From a virus (lineage: Duplodnaviria > Caudoviricetes), in IMG/VR virus record IMGVR_UViG_3300012031_000056, positions 1 through 29,411 of that record: a stretch of DNA of 29,411 nucleotides; one strand, 5' to 3'. This document shows positions 17,040-26,843 of this stretch, piece by piece. Position 1 is the first letter of the stretch; each line of letters starts with the position of its first letter. The notes beneath the pieces are model-generated. The model had not been told where the DNA came from. It searched no databases and saw only the letters and a program-made list of their open reading frames with translations. The position numbers were made by a program, and so were the translations under genes.

Positions 17040-17822
17040 TTAGGCGTAGACCGGGGTGCCGTCTCGATAGATGGCCTCTTGGCCGTCGGGCTTGAGGATT
17101 TCCAGCGACAGAGGAATCTGTTGCCAGTCGTCGCCCTTCAGCGCGTAGTCGCCATTGGGCGTGACCTTGACGGAGGGCATATAGAACGTGGAGTTCCCGC
17201 CCTTGGGGTTCCGCGTGATATACATCATGGCCCCCTCGATTGGCGCAGAACCCGAGATCACGCGCGTCCGGGTGGATGCCCGCACGGCAAAGGTCACGTC
17301 GATATCAATGCCCTCCGTGGCGACCAGAGATCCCGCGATGAACGTGATGAGGCCAGCGTCCAGATCAACCGTGTAATCCACGTCAGCGACCAGAGCCGTC
17401 CCGGCGGGATTGGTCTCGGCAGAGAAGCCTGTGGCGTTGATACCGAAATAGCCTGCGGGGTTGGCAGCCGTGGAACCCAGCTTGTATCCGTGGCCCGCAC
17501 GGATATTTTCGAGGGTGACGGTCTGGGAGGCAACGAGAGCCTGCGAGACGATGGAGTTCGACCCGAAGAAGAACAGCGCCACGTTTTCCGGCACGATATT
17601 ATCCGTGATGAGCGAGCCGGTGCGGTTGACTTCCAGCGGAACCGAGTCGTCCTTCTCACGGATGCCATCGTCACTGTCGTAGTGGTCGAGTTCCTCGGAC
17701 TCGATGTTCATCGAGAACTCGGGGGTGTTGCCGATGTAGCGGAATCCATCCGGTGTGGTCGTGCCGGGCAGGAAGCGGGCAAAGTGGACCCGTCCCCGAC
17801 CAAGAACGTATTGCTTAAACAT
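17040..17822 (-). CDS. Major tail (tube) protein
   Basis: YVLGRGRVHF..RYIGNTPEF, VTPNGDYALKGDDWQQI; RBS AAAGGGA; follows the tail terminator. Confidence 0.88.
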   Translation of the reverse strand: MFKQYVLGRGRVHFARFLPGTTTPDGFRYIGNTPEFSMNIESEELDHYDSDDGIREKDDSVPLEVNRTGSLITDNIVPENVALFFFGSNSIVSQALVASQTVTLENIRAGHGYKLGSTAANPAGYFGINATGFSAETNPAGTALVADVDYTVDLDAGLITFIAGSLVATEGIDIDVTFAVRASTRTRVISGSAPIEGAMMYITRNPKGGNSTFYMPSVKVTPNGDYALKGDDWQQIPLSLEILKPDGQEAIYRDGTPVYA

Positions 17823-17846
17823 GGTGTTCCCTTTCTTAAGCGTGGT

Positions 17847-18362
17847 TCAAACTGCCCCGTAGGGGTCAGCCAAGTCTTCTACGATTTCAAGACGAAGTGT
17901 AAGCCAAAAGTAAGCCTTGCTCGACAATTCATCGGCGGGACGAACCACACCGGGTTCGATATACAACGCAAGGACGTTTCGGCCAAGCCCCAAGATTCCA
18001 TCTGCGGGCACGTCCCAATCCATCTTCATGCGTTCTTCGGCCAAAACCCTTTTGACTTCGGCCAGCAAAAGATGGGCTGGGTCCGTGGGGTTCAAGCGGT
18101 CGTCCCGCACAAACCCCTGAATGACCAGTTCCCAGATCGTCTTGGCGGTCGTGCCAGAAACAGGTGGTGGCGTAGACTCGTTCGGGAGTGGTGACTCCAA
18201 GATGGAAATCGCTGGCACAGGGGTCTCATCGCCGAAAATACCACGACCACGAAAGACCCGGCCCGTCATGGCAAAATCAGTGCTGTCGAAGTCGGTATAT
18301 GTGATCGTCTCGAACAGCGTGGTCAGCCGCTTGTGGATCGTAAGGCGAAGGGGGTCAGGCAT
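17847..18362 (-). CDS. Tail terminator-like protein
   Basis: Lies before the tail tube; VFRGR..P.ISILE and NPTDPAH motifs; size fits gpU-like proteins. Confidence 0.7.
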   Translation of the reverse strand: MPDPLRLTIHKRLTTLFETITYTDFDSTDFAMTGRVFRGRGIFGDETPVPAISILESPLPNESTPPPVSGTTAKTIWELVIQGFVRDDRLNPTDPAHLLLAEVKRVLAEERMKMDWDVPADGILGLGRNVLALYIEPGVVRPADELSSKAYFWLTLRLEIVEDLADPYGAV

Positions 18363-18981
18363 TTCTCCTCCTAGCGATCTGCGCGAGATACTCGCGTTGC
18401 AGCCTTGCCGCGACCTCGGGCAAGATATCCTGCTTGATACCTGACCCAGAGTTGTTCTCCAACACCTGAGCGACCGACGGGCCGTAGAGCAGGTAGAGGC
18501 CCTTGCTGACCTGTGCAGAGTTCTTGTTCCTCAGCCGCGCCCCCTTGGGTAGCCGCACAGCTAACCCGAGGTTGCCGCTCCCTGCGTCTGTTTCGCCGCC
18601 GACACCTGGCAGACGGATCAGAAAAGCACGATCAAGGAATTGGGTCGAGCCGCCGACGTTGACCGCTACGCCGGGCTTGTTCACGCCACTCGAAGAGGTC
18701 ACGAACCGGGCAAGAGACGTCGCCCTGCCGCGCGCCGTGATCGACGCTTCAAGCTGTCCGGGTGTAGCGAACCCTGACACCTTCAGCCGACCTTGGCGCG
18801 GGGAGACGTAGGACGCAGGCAAGTTGATCTCAGCGCGAACCCTGCGGGCCATCTCAGTCCGGGTGGTCTTGACAGTCTTGTTGATGGCTTGGGATGCAGC
18901 TTTCTGTCGGGAATCGAGATCAAGTCCGAGCAGCAGGCTCAGGGCGTCCCCTTCCACGATTACGGCGAAGTCCGCGCTCAT
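18355..18981 (-). CDS. Tail completion protein (lambda gpZ-like)
   Basis: Basic protein with AIN....RT, TSLARF, RAFLIRL and LYGPSVAQV; neck position. Confidence 0.72.
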   Translation of the reverse strand: MSADFAVIVEGDALSLLLGLDLDSRQKAASQAINKTVKTTRTEMARRVRAEINLPASYVSPRQGRLKVSGFATPGQLEASITARGRATSLARFVTSSSGVNKPGVAVNVGGSTQFLDRAFLIRLPGVGGETDAGSGNLGLAVRLPKGARLRNKNSAQVSKGLYLLYGPSVAQVLENNSGSGIKQDILPEVAARLQREYLAQIARRRNA

Positions 18982-19370
18982 GAAATGACCGTGCCATCCG
19001 GCGCTGTGAGGCCAACCAAGTCGCGGTGGTCCGCACGAATCACTTCGGCGGTGACAGTGATGCCGTTTGGTGGGAGGACGTTATTCAGGAAGTAGCCTTC
19101 GGTGATCGTGAAGATGACCAGCGCATTGCGCACCGGGTCAGGCACTTCATCCAGCATAAATACGATGCTCTCGGCGCGATCCTGCGTCTCGGCGTAGGAC
19201 AGGTTCGTCCCGGCCAAGTCGCCAGCCCTCGCCACATTCGAGTGGGGCCGTGCGGTGATAAGGGTGAACGTGGGGGTAGGGTCTCGGGGGAGGGCGTAGT
19301 AGTTCGCCGGTTCCCCCATGTGGTCATGCAGTTGCCTGCGGGCCAGTTCCCTTACCCCACGAATGGACAT
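18978..19370 (-). CDS. Head-tail joining/closure protein (FII-like)
   Basis: 130-aa beta-rich protein in the neck position, with ATGA overlap to the next gene. Confidence 0.65.
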   Translation of the reverse strand: MSIRGVRELARRQLHDHMGEPANYYALPRDPTPTFTLITARPHSNVARAGDLAGTNLSYAETQDRAESIVFMLDEVPDPVRNALVIFTITEGYFLNNVLPPNGITVTAEVIRADHRDLVGLTAPDGTVIS

Positions 19371-19373
19371 GGA

Positions 19374-19796
19374 TCAGACCATGCCTGCGGCTTCGGCGTC
19401 AGCCTTCGCCTTGTCTTCGACCTTGCCGCGCAGCGTTTCCGCCTTCGCCTTGCCGTGGGCTTCTTCACCAAATGCGTCCCTGTAGGCCGCTCGCGCAGCT
19501 TCCAGTTCGGCCACATCGGCTTCAGCAGCCTGCTTGGCGGAACTTTTCTGGGTTGCGCCGTCGCCCGACAGGTCGATCACTTCGGCCTTCTCGATCCGGT
19601 CCTCTGTCTCGGCCACACGGGCCGCGCCCATGTCGATGAACTCTTTCTCCTGAGCGGCGTCAGCCGCCTTGAAGACCGAAGTGGCGGGGATGACCCGAAC
19701 TTTGGGCGGGATCGGGGCGATACTCTTCAAGCGGTCGCCGGGTTTTCCGGGGACTTCGGTGACGTGGATTTCAGTCATTGCGATGAGTTGTTTCAC
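19374..19796 (-). CDS. Hypothetical protein after the capsid gene (possible packaging/FI-like accessory)
   Basis: RBS AAAGGA before the GTG; Ala/Glu/Lys-rich. Confidence 0.7.
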   Translation of the reverse strand: MKQLIAMTEIHVTEVPGKPGDRLKSIAPIPPKVRVIPATSVFKAADAAQEKEFIDMGAARVAETEDRIEKAEVIDLSGDGATQKSSAKQAAEADVAELEAARAAYRDAFGEEAHGKAKAETLRGKVEDKAKADAEAAGMV

Positions 19797-19841
19797 GGGA
19801 CATTCCTTTGCTCGTGAGGGGGTCAGGTGGGTTCAGAGACG

Positions 19842-19868
19842 AAAAGGGGCGGGCACTAGACCCGCCCC
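19842..19868 (-). terminator. Rho-independent terminator after the major capsid gene
   Basis: GGGGCGGG-TCTAGTG-CCCGCCCC followed by TTTT on the minus strand, about 10 nt after the stop. Confidence 0.8.
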
Positions 19869-19877
19869 CTTCAGGTC

Positions 19878-20939
19878 TTAGGCGATGACGCGAGCGCGGA
19901 ACGTCGCGTTCGGGTTGATCGGGACCATGAGCGGGGCGCTCTGGGTCATGATGAACGTGGCCGACGGGTCTTCCGCGTCCCACATTTTCGGGAACACTTC
20001 GAGCGACTGCATCCCGGCCTTGGTGTCTTGGATGGCACCGAAGCAACGGACACCCTCGACACTCGGGCTGGTCAACACGATATCACGGGGGTCCATGAAG
20101 GGTGTGACCGTGCCGTCCGCAAGCTGGTAGTAGTCCGAGTAGACAAAGACTTCGAGAGTGCCGCTCAGTCTGCCGACGAACTCCACGTCGAGTCCTTCAC
20201 GCATCCCGAGGTTCAGATCGACCCCGCCCGAGTTCGCCCGGTAGCTGTCAGCTTTCAGCATTTCGCGGATCTCGGAGTCCTGACGCATGACTTCCCAGAC
20301 GGCTGCACCGACCGTCATACGATTGCTGACGCCGCCAAAGGCTGCGCGGCGCATCGTGGTGCGCCACGATTCGACGTTGTTCAGGATCGACACACCGGAG
20401 TCGCCCCAGCGAGCAGCGGCCCCGAGAGTGACCGTGTGGCCCCCAGCGCGTTGGAAGTTCACGATGGTCGTGGGGTATGCTTCGTCCACCAATGTCACCT
20501 GACCATACAGGATCGCTTCGGCAGCAAGCCATTCCCAGCGACGTTCGATGGCGATCCGGTGCTGGCGCAGAATATCCGCGACCAGCAGATTGTAGCGCGC
20601 TGCGGGGGTCATGTTCGACCCTTGGTGCAGTTCGCCCATCCCGGCGACCTTCTTGATGACGCGGCTGGCGCTCACGGCATCCTTCGGCTTCACATAGGCG
20701 GGCTTCAGTTGAATCCGCTCTTCAGCAGCCGAATAGACCGGCTTACCCTGCAAGGTCGGCAGGACCAGCGGAGCCAACTTGCGCTGGTCGGAGATGCGGG
20801 TAAAGTCCACATACTCCGTGTCGAAGTTGATCTGGCCCGGGAAGCAGAGGCTCAGCCAGTAGTTCGACGGCGCGACGGAGACGTCCTTGTCGTAGTATGC
20901 ACCCAGAAGCGTTCGGGTGGTGAAGATCGTATTATCCAT
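19878..20939 (-). CDS. Major capsid protein (lambda gpE family)
   Basis: LAPLVLP..G, KPAYVKPKD, IERRWEWLAAEAI..G, DPS....QSAPL; follows the decoration protein. Confidence 0.93.
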   Translation of the reverse strand: MDNTIFTTRTLLGAYYDKDVSVAPSNYWLSLCFPGQINFDTEYVDFTRISDQRKLAPLVLPTLQGKPVYSAAEERIQLKPAYVKPKDAVSASRVIKKVAGMGELHQGSNMTPAARYNLLVADILRQHRIAIERRWEWLAAEAILYGQVTLVDEAYPTTIVNFQRAGGHTVTLGAAARWGDSGVSILNNVESWRTTMRRAAFGGVSNRMTVGAAVWEVMRQDSEIREMLKADSYRANSGGVDLNLGMREGLDVEFVGRLSGTLEVFVYSDYYQLADGTVTPFMDPRDIVLTSPSVEGVRCFGAIQDTKAGMQSLEVFPKMWDAEDPSATFIMTQSAPLMVPINPNATFRARVIA

Positions 20940-20966
20940 TTCGGAAAGTCCTTTCCTGCCTGACGA

Positions 20967-21401
20967 TTACGCCAGAACGCCATCACTGTTGAAGGGGTTG
21001 ATCCCGAGGATCATGTTGATCGGCGACCCGAGGCCATCGAACGCCGACAGTTTCTTGGCGTCGGTGTCGAAGGTCGAAGCCCACGTCAGGGCTTTGATAT
21101 CGAGGTTGCCTGCGCAGATGACCTCGATATCGAGGAACGCATCTTCCAACAGGTTGATCGGATGCGCGGTGATCCCCACGACCGTCTTGTCGGCGAGGTC
21201 TGCTTGGTAAGGCGCAAGGCCAACCGGCCCGATCACAGAGTAGATCGGCAGGGCCAGATCGCCACCCGTGGCAGTGATCCGCACTTTGCGGAAGGCCAGC
21301 GCCGGGGTGTCCTGAAGGCGAAGTTCCGCGATGTTGCCATACGTCTCGCGGGCAAAAGCGGCGATCCCGGGAGCGCCGTGAGTGGTGGTAACGTCTGCCA
21401 T
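20967..21401 (-). CDS. Head decoration protein (gpD-like)
   Basis: RBS AGGAG; lies between protease and capsid; VGIT..G.L...AL.W pattern. Confidence 0.8.
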   Translation of the reverse strand: MADVTTTHGAPGIAAFARETYGNIAELRLQDTPALAFRKVRITATGGDLALPIYSVIGPVGLAPYQADLADKTVVGITAHPINLLEDAFLDIEVICAGNLDIKALTWASTFDTDAKKLSAFDGLGSPINMILGINPFNSDGVLA

Positions 21402-21463
21402 TTTTCTTGGCTCCTACGATGATCGCCGAAAGACTCGGCAGGTTGAAGGACGGAGGCTGTAGC

Positions 21464-21889
21464 TTACGCCGCAGCAGCAGGCTTGCCGTGGTAGGCACGA
21501 ACAGAACTGACGATGGAGGCCGTGGCCTTCATGTCGTCATCTGCGTCTTTGTCGGCACCCGGGGCGGTCGCACCGACCTCGGGGTTGCCCGTGGCCTCCA
21601 TGTGCTTGTCGAACGGGGTGCTACCGGCAGCAGCAGCAGCAGCAACCGGGGCCGGGGCGGGGGCGACAGTGGCTTTCTCCTCGGGCAGTTTGCCCAACAG
21701 AGCGATGGCCTGCTCGGACGCAAGGCCCCCGTCCACGAAAGCGGCGGCGGCGAGCGGGCGCGTCTGGGCCGCATCGCAGCCCATGATCGCGGTGCGTCGA
21801 GCGTGTTCAGCAGCGGCCCCATCAGTCATCGCCTGCGCGGTAGCGGCTTGAACTGCGGCGTCCATCTGTTCTTGCGTGAAGGTGGTCAT
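21464..21889 (-). CDS. Probable nested in-frame scaffolding protein (Nu3-like)
   Basis: GAGGATGAAAGTCTC-ATG provides an internal RBS and an in-frame start (MTTFTQEQ) just after the protease domain. Confidence 0.55.
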   Translation of the reverse strand: MTTFTQEQMDAAVQAATAQAMTDGAAAEHARRTAIMGCDAAQTRPLAAAAFVDGGLASEQAIALLGKLPEEKATVAPAPAPVAAAAAAGSTPFDKHMEATGNPEVGATAPGADKDADDDMKATASIVSSVRAYHGKPAAAA

Positions 21890-22777
21890 GAGACTTTCAT
21901 CCTCTTGATCGGTCACGTCCTCCGAGAAGGCGACCATTTCCTCTGCCAGTGCCCCGATCCGATCTGCGAAACCTTTCGCAACCGAGTCCTGAGCGTCGAA
22001 TGTAAGGGCTTCAGTTGCCCGAACTGCCTTTTCGTCCATACCGCGATTGCGGGCCACCGTGCCGGTAAACACGCTGTAGATACGGTCGATTCTGTCTTGA
22101 ATACGGGCTTTCGCCGAATCAGACAATGCTTCGTATGCGTTCCCTTCGACCTTGTGCTTCCCGGCGAAAATGAAAGTCACCTTGATGCCATCATTAGCGA
22201 GGGCCTCAGAGAAGTCCACATGGGTCGTGACCACGCCGACAGAACCTGTGCCGCCAGAGCGGGTGACAGACAAGGTGCTGGCCGAAGACGCCAGCGCGTA
22301 GGCAGCGGAATATGCGTGGTCGGCAGCGAATGCCCCGATGGGCTTCACGCCTCGGGCCTCGAAGATTTTGTCGCTACACTCGAAGCAGCCCGCGACCTCA
22401 CCGCCCGGGCTGTTGATGACCAATGCGATCCGGTCAACGCCGGGATCGGCCAAGCCCCGGGTCAGCGCCTTTTCGACGTAGGAGTAGCCGGTGGCGTAGC
22501 GACCATACTGGAAGCTGAAGTTGTTCAGCAGAACCCCTTGGACGGGGATCGACAGAGTGCCATTCGAGACTGAGTAGGGCCGATAAGGGTGTGGCTCCCC
22601 GGCCTGATAGGGGTGGTCCCAATAGCCATCCTCCGAAGCCAATGCCGGGGCCATCATGGTTTGCATCTCATCGGAGTCCGAGAGCGTGTTCAGCGAAGCA
22701 TTGACCAAAGCAACGCGCGCAGGGTCGATCAACAAAGGGTCAGCGGCAAAGGCTTCCGCGAAGTGGCTGTTCTTCAT
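21464..22777 (-). CDS. Prohead protease, S49 family, with a C-terminal scaffold region
   Basis: INSPGGEVAG, AYSAAYALAS, GSVGVV, AGKHKVEGN, VARNRG; Ala-rich C-terminus. Confidence 0.93.
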   Translation of the reverse strand: MKNSHFAEAFAADPLLIDPARVALVNASLNTLSDSDEMQTMMAPALASEDGYWDHPYQAGEPHPYRPYSVSNGTLSIPVQGVLLNNFSFQYGRYATGYSYVEKALTRGLADPGVDRIALVINSPGGEVAGCFECSDKIFEARGVKPIGAFAADHAYSAAYALASSASTLSVTRSGGTGSVGVVTTHVDFSEALANDGIKVTFIFAGKHKVEGNAYEALSDSAKARIQDRIDRIYSVFTGTVARNRGMDEKAVRATEALTFDAQDSVAKGFADRIGALAEEMVAFSEDVTDQEDESLMTTFTQEQMDAAVQAATAQAMTDGAAAEHARRTAIMGCDAAQTRPLAAAAFVDGGLASEQAIALLGKLPEEKATVAPAPAPVAAAAAAGSTPFDKHMEATGNPEVGATAPGADKDADDDMKATASIVSSVRAYHGKPAAAA

Positions 22778-24459
22778 TTGATCTTCTTGTCCTTCTTCTC
22801 GCCTTCAGTGCCATCGCCCTCGGATTCCCGTGGACTGCCGCTTGCTGCGTTCGTGCCGTTGTCTTCATACAGCACGATGTTGCGTTCGTCACGTTCTTTG
22901 GCCTCGCGCTCCAACTGAGCGTAGGTCTTCCGCCAGTCCTTACCGAGCCGGGCCAGTTCGTCTTCGTGGGTGGAGAGGCCATACTTGATCCGCAGAACGG
23001 CAGCCTGTGTCTCTTTCAGTTCGTCAATCTGGCCGCGCGCCGCGCCGATCCAGTCGCACTGCGACAAGGCGTCAAACATGAGGTTCAGGTGGTCGCCCGT
23101 GTAGAGCATCGGCGCTTCCGACTTGCGGAAAGAGTCCAGCTTGTCGTTGTTGATCGCTTCTTCCAGCCACAGGCGGAACACGATGTTGGCGAAGCCGTCA
23201 GCGATGATCTTCTTCTTCGACTGCATGAACCGATGGGACTGCGCCATCGCAGCCCGGGCCGACGAATAGTTCGTCTCGGAAAAGTCGCGAGACAATTCCT
23301 CGTAGGACACGCCGAGTGTGGCAGCGATGTAACGCAACAGCGACCGCTCGAAGTCCTGGCCGACGCCACCGGGCGTTCCGGCAGGCTGCATATTCAGCTT
23401 GGTGCCCGGGAACAGGTGCGGGATGCGGGTGCCGTCGATCATCATATTCTTGGACGATCCGACATACTCGTTGACCGCGCCAAGGAACTGCTCGGCGTAG
23501 TCCACCACGCCGCCCGCGCCGCTCGACTGGCCCGGGTTCGCGCCGAGTTGCTGATAGACGACCTCGGACGGCAACTCGGACTCGATGCTGGCCGCGAAGG
23601 TCGCGTTGACCACGGCGTTTTGAAGTGTCACGTCGCGGAACTTCCGGGTGATCGCAATCTCACGCAGGCCCGCCGTGATATCCGAGATGGCCCGGGTCTG
23701 ATCGACACGGTTTTGCTCGCGCAGATAGATCACCTGTTGGCGACCCCACGGCTTTCGGAACGGAACTTCCTTCCACCAGTCCGAAGTCTGCGGGGACCGC
23801 ATGAGGTAATCAGACGGGTGTTCGACACGGATGAAGGCCGAAACCTGACGCCCATAGCGGTCGTGCTTGATACCGCCGCGCACGTCCCGGGAGTTCGCCA
23901 TTGTGAACGGCGTCGAGAGGCGGTCGGTGTCGATCATCTGGATAGCTGTGCTGAAGTCCCTGCCGCTGTCGCGCAGATACTCGACCGTCGCCAAGACCTC
24001 GCCGCCCATCGTAGCAACGCCCACGGCCAGCCGGATCAACGCCGTCAGATCGTTTTGACCAGCAGCGTCCACCCACTTCATCGGGGACTCGGCCCAAAGC
24101 GTGAACTTCGCCTCGACCTCTTGCTGGAACTGCTCAGCCCAAGTCTCATTCTTGCCCAGCACATTCCAGTTGGGCTTGCTGTTCAGGATATAGAAGCTGC
24201 CGACAATGCTGTCCTTGTGCAGGTTCGTGCCTGCTTGGACATAGGCGTCGTTGCGGTTCAGATCGCGCGACCTTGCGTCAAGCGTCTCTTTCTGGGGCAG
24301 CATTTCCAGATCGGCAGACTGGATCGGCGGGTTCCATCCGGCGATCTGCCGGTCAAACCTTGCCGCGCCGTCATAGGCCCCGCCAAACATGGCAGGCCCT
24401 TTTTGAAGGGGGGCCACAGTGCGGATGCTGGGCATCTTGCAGTTGGCAGTCTGGTTCAT
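22774..24459 (-). CDS. Portal protein, lambda family
   Basis: RSRDLNRND, DQTRAIS, GVSYEELSRDFSETNYSSARA, IDELKE. Start likely at 24459 (TGATG overlap with gpW). Confidence 0.95.
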   Translation of the reverse strand: MNQTANCKMPSIRTVAPLQKGPAMFGGAYDGAARFDRQIAGWNPPIQSADLEMLPQKETLDARSRDLNRNDAYVQAGTNLHKDSIVGSFYILNSKPNWNVLGKNETWAEQFQQEVEAKFTLWAESPMKWVDAAGQNDLTALIRLAVGVATMGGEVLATVEYLRDSGRDFSTAIQMIDTDRLSTPFTMANSRDVRGGIKHDRYGRQVSAFIRVEHPSDYLMRSPQTSDWWKEVPFRKPWGRQQVIYLREQNRVDQTRAISDITAGLREIAITRKFRDVTLQNAVVNATFAASIESELPSEVVYQQLGANPGQSSGAGGVVDYAEQFLGAVNEYVGSSKNMMIDGTRIPHLFPGTKLNMQPAGTPGGVGQDFERSLLRYIAATLGVSYEELSRDFSETNYSSARAAMAQSHRFMQSKKKIIADGFANIVFRLWLEEAINNDKLDSFRKSEAPMLYTGDHLNLMFDALSQCDWIGAARGQIDELKETQAAVLRIKYGLSTHEDELARLGKDWRKTYAQLEREAKERDERNIVLYEDNGTNAASGSPRESEGDGTEGEKKDKKIK

Positions 24460-24698
24460 CACAGCATCCACGGTCGGAGGGGTCCGGTCACAGAGGACAA
24501 CCCGAGACGGACCCTCAGTTCCAGAATATAGGCGCGAAGAGCGTCTTTGCTCATAAGCTGATATTCGACGCGCTCGCCTGATTGGTCAACGAAAGTCTTG
24601 ACCTGTCGGCCCAGAAGGATTTCGTGAAGCGCCGTTTCCGCCGCCGTCAGGCGTTCAGTCAGGAGAGTGCGTTCTGCGAGTGTGAGGGCTGTTGTCAT
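24459..24698 (-). CDS. Head-tail joining protein gpW
   Basis: AE.ALHEILLG..V.TFVDQSGERVEY....L.AYI.EL; lies between TerL and portal. Confidence 0.88.
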   Translation of the reverse strand: MTTALTLAERTLLTERLTAAETALHEILLGRQVKTFVDQSGERVEYQLMSKDALRAYILELRVRLGLSSVTGPLRPWML

Positions 24699-24701
24699 GA
24701 T

Positions 24702-26843
24702 CTACGCCAAATCCCCTGCCAGCTTGGAAAGACTCCTACCGGGTTTCTTCACCCCCTCATAGGGGGTTTTCTTTTCGACTGGATCGAAGACCAGATCGTT
24801 CTCATCCCACTCAGCAGCCCATGTCGGCGGGGCCGTAGAGTCTATGTATTCCAGATTGATGCCCGCTGTCAAAGTCCCGGCCATGCAGTAGGCCAGCAAG
24901 TCCCAAGATTCGTTGCGATAGTTCTTGGGGTTGATCCAGCCCTTAACGGCGTCTTTGACCTCCACAGTAAGTTCGATGTAGAAATTGTCGTCCAGCCAAT
25001 CAGGGAAGACAAACCGCCCGCCCGGGACCGCCCGGTCGAGGCGGTTGTCCACCATATCCTTCAGCGTGTTGGTGTTGAGGAACAGCACAGGGATCTCGCC
25101 GCGCGCTCCCGCGTGACGATCCGAACGCTGGGAGTCGGGGTAGTCCAGCTTGATCCGGGGTGCGCTTTTCACGGACGAACCTTTGACCAGCAAGAAGCGT
25201 CCAGCCATACCGGGCTTCCAGTCGTAGTCGCCTTCGTCGTTGGTCTCTGGCGCACTGTCGCCTTCCCCGTCCGAGTCACCCCACCGAAGCCACCGCACGA
25301 AGTCGTAGGCGTTCGCGGTCACACCGGCCTTACCGCCAGAGTCACACAGGGTCAGCTTGACCGCCATCTGGCGACCCGAACCGTCCGACAAGGGGTAGGT
25401 CGAGTTGATGACTTGCTCGGCCAACAGCTTCCAGTCCTCAGGATAGGCCCCGGGGTTCACCCACGAATAGCCTTCGGCCACGCTGTCAGTGCGCTTGGAC
25501 TTCTTGACCTCGTAGCGGTCGATCACATAGATATCGCCGTTGATGGCGACCCCGTGGACTTGCACGACGAAGCGATTTTTCTGGACGTCAACAGCAGCGA
25601 TCAGGAAACGGACAGCAGCCGGAACTGTGCGAAAGCCGAGAGCCTTGGCCTGCGCCTTGATATGCTCAGGCACACGGTCGCTCGCCATAGACCTCGGCAG
25701 ATAAGCATCGCCTTGATCGGTGTTCACTGTCGTCTTCAGAGCCTCTTCGGAACCGCTGTTCTCGTAGTCCGAGTTGGCTGACAACCAGTTGAAAACCAAA
25801 GTCTCCCACGACGCGAAAGCTGCCGCTGTGCCCTTCAACCAGAACGAAGCGATATTCGAGCGAAGGTGCGTCCCGACCATCTCGCCTTCCCGGTTCCAGA
25901 TCATCCCGTCCTTCACCCACCGGCCTGTTCGGTTCATCTCATGCTTGCCGGGGTTTCCATCAGCGGGGTCATGGCGATACTCATGATCGCAGTGCGGGCA
26001 AGCCATGACGGCCTGCTCAGCCGACTCCATCATGTCTTTGCTGCTCGGCCACTTCAGCAGGTTGAAATCCGGCTCGAACTTGTTGTGGCAGTTCACGCAA
26101 TTCCAATACCAGCGGCGACGGTCGCCCCGGTTGTAGAGGGCGAGAATGCCTTTCGTCGGCGGGGCCTCGTGAGGCGTCTTCCGCGTCCACTTCGGGTTCT
26201 CCACGGTGTAGCCGGGAGAGGACTCAGCAGCGGTCATTCGGTTGCGCCCGAAGGTCGTGCCACGCTTGGCCGTCAAGTCGAACACGTTGCCCTCGCCGTC
26301 GATATCCTCAGGCATCCGGTCCACGTCTGTCAGGAACTGCCGGGGGATCGGCTTACCGGACAGTTCGTTGATCGTCGGCCAAGACAGGCTCAGCATCATA
26401 CCCGCGCGGTAGTGCTTGTCGAAGGTGTTGTCCGAGGACTTGCCGCCCGCCAACAGTTCGCCGATCATAGGTGAGTGGCGGTGCATCCGGTCCACGCGCC
26501 GCATGGAGAAGTCTCGCGCGGTGGTCTGTGAGGTCTGGACAAGCATCATGTCGGCGGGGTCGCACTTCGCCGAGTAGGCCAGCCAATTCAGAAAAAGTTC
26601 CGTTTTTCCGGTTTGCGCGGGGCCACAAAAAACCATGCCCGTGAAGTCCCGGCTGGTAAGCATCTCCATCGGCTCGACCAAGTAGGGCACCGTGGAGTTC
26701 AGGTAAGGCCCCACATAGGCCCCGGGGTTGTTCAGGCGGCGGTATCGCTCTGCGGCCTCGGCCACCGTCAGGCGCTCAGGAGGCCGCGCGGCGGCAGCCG
26801 ATTCAACGATCAGATTTTCGAGTGTCTGTCGAACGAACTTCAT
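24702..26843 (-). CDS. Terminase large subunit (GpA family)
   Basis: PYLVEPM, Walker A GPAQTGKTE, ESSP, GDRRRWYW.C..C, CPHC, VDVQKNRF, RNE.WD..Y. Confidence 0.96.
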   Translation of the reverse strand: MKFVRQTLENLIVESAAAARPPERLTVAEAAERYRRLNNPGAYVGPYLNSTVPYLVEPMEMLTSRDFTGMVFCGPAQTGKTELFLNWLAYSAKCDPADMMLVQTSQTTARDFSMRRVDRMHRHSPMIGELLAGGKSSDNTFDKHYRAGMMLSLSWPTINELSGKPIPRQFLTDVDRMPEDIDGEGNVFDLTAKRGTTFGRNRMTAAESSPGYTVENPKWTRKTPHEAPPTKGILALYNRGDRRRWYWNCVNCHNKFEPDFNLLKWPSSKDMMESAEQAVMACPHCDHEYRHDPADGNPGKHEMNRTGRWVKDGMIWNREGEMVGTHLRSNIASFWLKGTAAAFASWETLVFNWLSANSDYENSGSEEALKTTVNTDQGDAYLPRSMASDRVPEHIKAQAKALGFRTVPAAVRFLIAAVDVQKNRFVVQVHGVAINGDIYVIDRYEVKKSKRTDSVAEGYSWVNPGAYPEDWKLLAEQVINSTYPLSDGSGRQMAVKLTLCDSGGKAGVTANAYDFVRWLRWGDSDGEGDSAPETNDEGDYDWKPGMAGRFLLVKGSSVKSAPRIKLDYPDSQRSDRHAGARGEIPVLFLNTNTLKDMVDNRLDRAVPGGRFVFPDWLDDNFYIELTVEVKDAVKGWINPKNYRNESWDLLAYCMAGTLTAGINLEYIDSTAPPTWAAEWDENDLVFDPVEKKTPYEGVKKPGRSLSKLAGDLA

